The translations under genes were made by a program, and so were the position numbers. From a virus (lineage: Duplodnaviria; Caudoviricetes), in IMG/VR virus record IMGVR_UViG_3300011335_000743, positions 1 through 34,592 of that record: DNA of 34,592 nucleotides; one strand, given 5' to 3'. Positions 34,458-34,592 of this stretch are shown here, one piece after another. The notes below the pieces were generated by a model. The model worked only from the letters and a program-made list of their open reading frames with translations. It did no database searches and was not told the DNA's origin. Within the stretch, counting starts at the first letter, position 1; each line of letters begins with the position of its first letter.

Positions 34458-34465
34458 CTAGGTCT

Positions 34466-34592
34466 ATTAAAAATGATAAGGATTATAAATGGACACACGT
34501 TTTGCCATAAGCAACACAGTAAAATACCTTCTAGACCCATCCATAATTTTCACCATTACTGAAATTCTTATTGATGACACTGGCATTTATTA
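34466..34592. repeat. Terminal direct repeat, copy 2 (assembly overlap)
   Basis: Identical to 1-127. Confidence 0.95.

Noticed and set aside
33910-34465. CRISPR or other guide-RNA array
   Set aside because: Only isolated 8-11 bp repeats in two copies; no regular repeat-spacer periodicity.
1-34465. Alternative genetic code or stop-codon recoding
   Set aside because: Core genes are full length in the standard code, and the tRNA anticodon TGA reads Ser UCA, not a stop.
1-34465. Specific host assignment such as Bdellovibrionota
   Set aside because: Low GC, a lipoprotein and a Cys-rich secreted-type protein are only suggestive; spacer, tRNA or protein homology searches are needed.
34466-34592. 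127-bp terminal repeat as a biological direct terminal repeat
   Set aside because: Length equals a standard assembler k-mer and it cuts through an ORF; best read as a circularisation overlap.

Overview
The window is an apparently complete, AT-rich tailed-phage genome of about 34,465 bp. Bases 1-127 repeat exactly at 34466-34592, which is a circular-assembly overlap. Gene order is podovirus-like. A short rightward early arm (24-4076) encodes a NUMOD4/HNH endonuclease, an ERF recombinase, a short SSB, a degenerate HNH paralogue, a divergent CsrA-like protein, a HExxHxxGxxH metalloprotease, a VRR-NUC nuclease and several tiny membrane peptides. A long leftward arm (33906 to 4052) encodes HNH, TerS, a GNAT / PAPS-reductase-like / tRNA-Ser(TGA) / C5-methyltransferase insert, TerL, portal, scaffold, major capsid, adaptor, nozzle, GNAT, three ejection-type proteins, many tail/fibre proteins and a holin-lipoprotein-amidase lysis cassette. 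I recognise no polymerase, primase, helicase, initiator, integrase or repressor. The most unusual signal is an apparent RNA-level control layer: (1) a ~440-nt ORF-free, helix-rich leader RNA where a replication module would be expected; (2) a ~70-nt hairpin RNA with two segments complementary to the first ~20 nt of that leader; (3) two canonical CsrA-type ACANGGANGU hairpins, one over a lysis-cassette ribosome-binding site, alongside the CsrA-like protein; (4) a compact H-type pseudoknot ahead of a possible AUA start behind the capsid gene. A 20-cysteine tail-fibre-like protein also carries a Sec-type signal peptide. All calls come from reading motifs by eye; no searches or folding programs were run, and the host is not determined (a diderm is likely).
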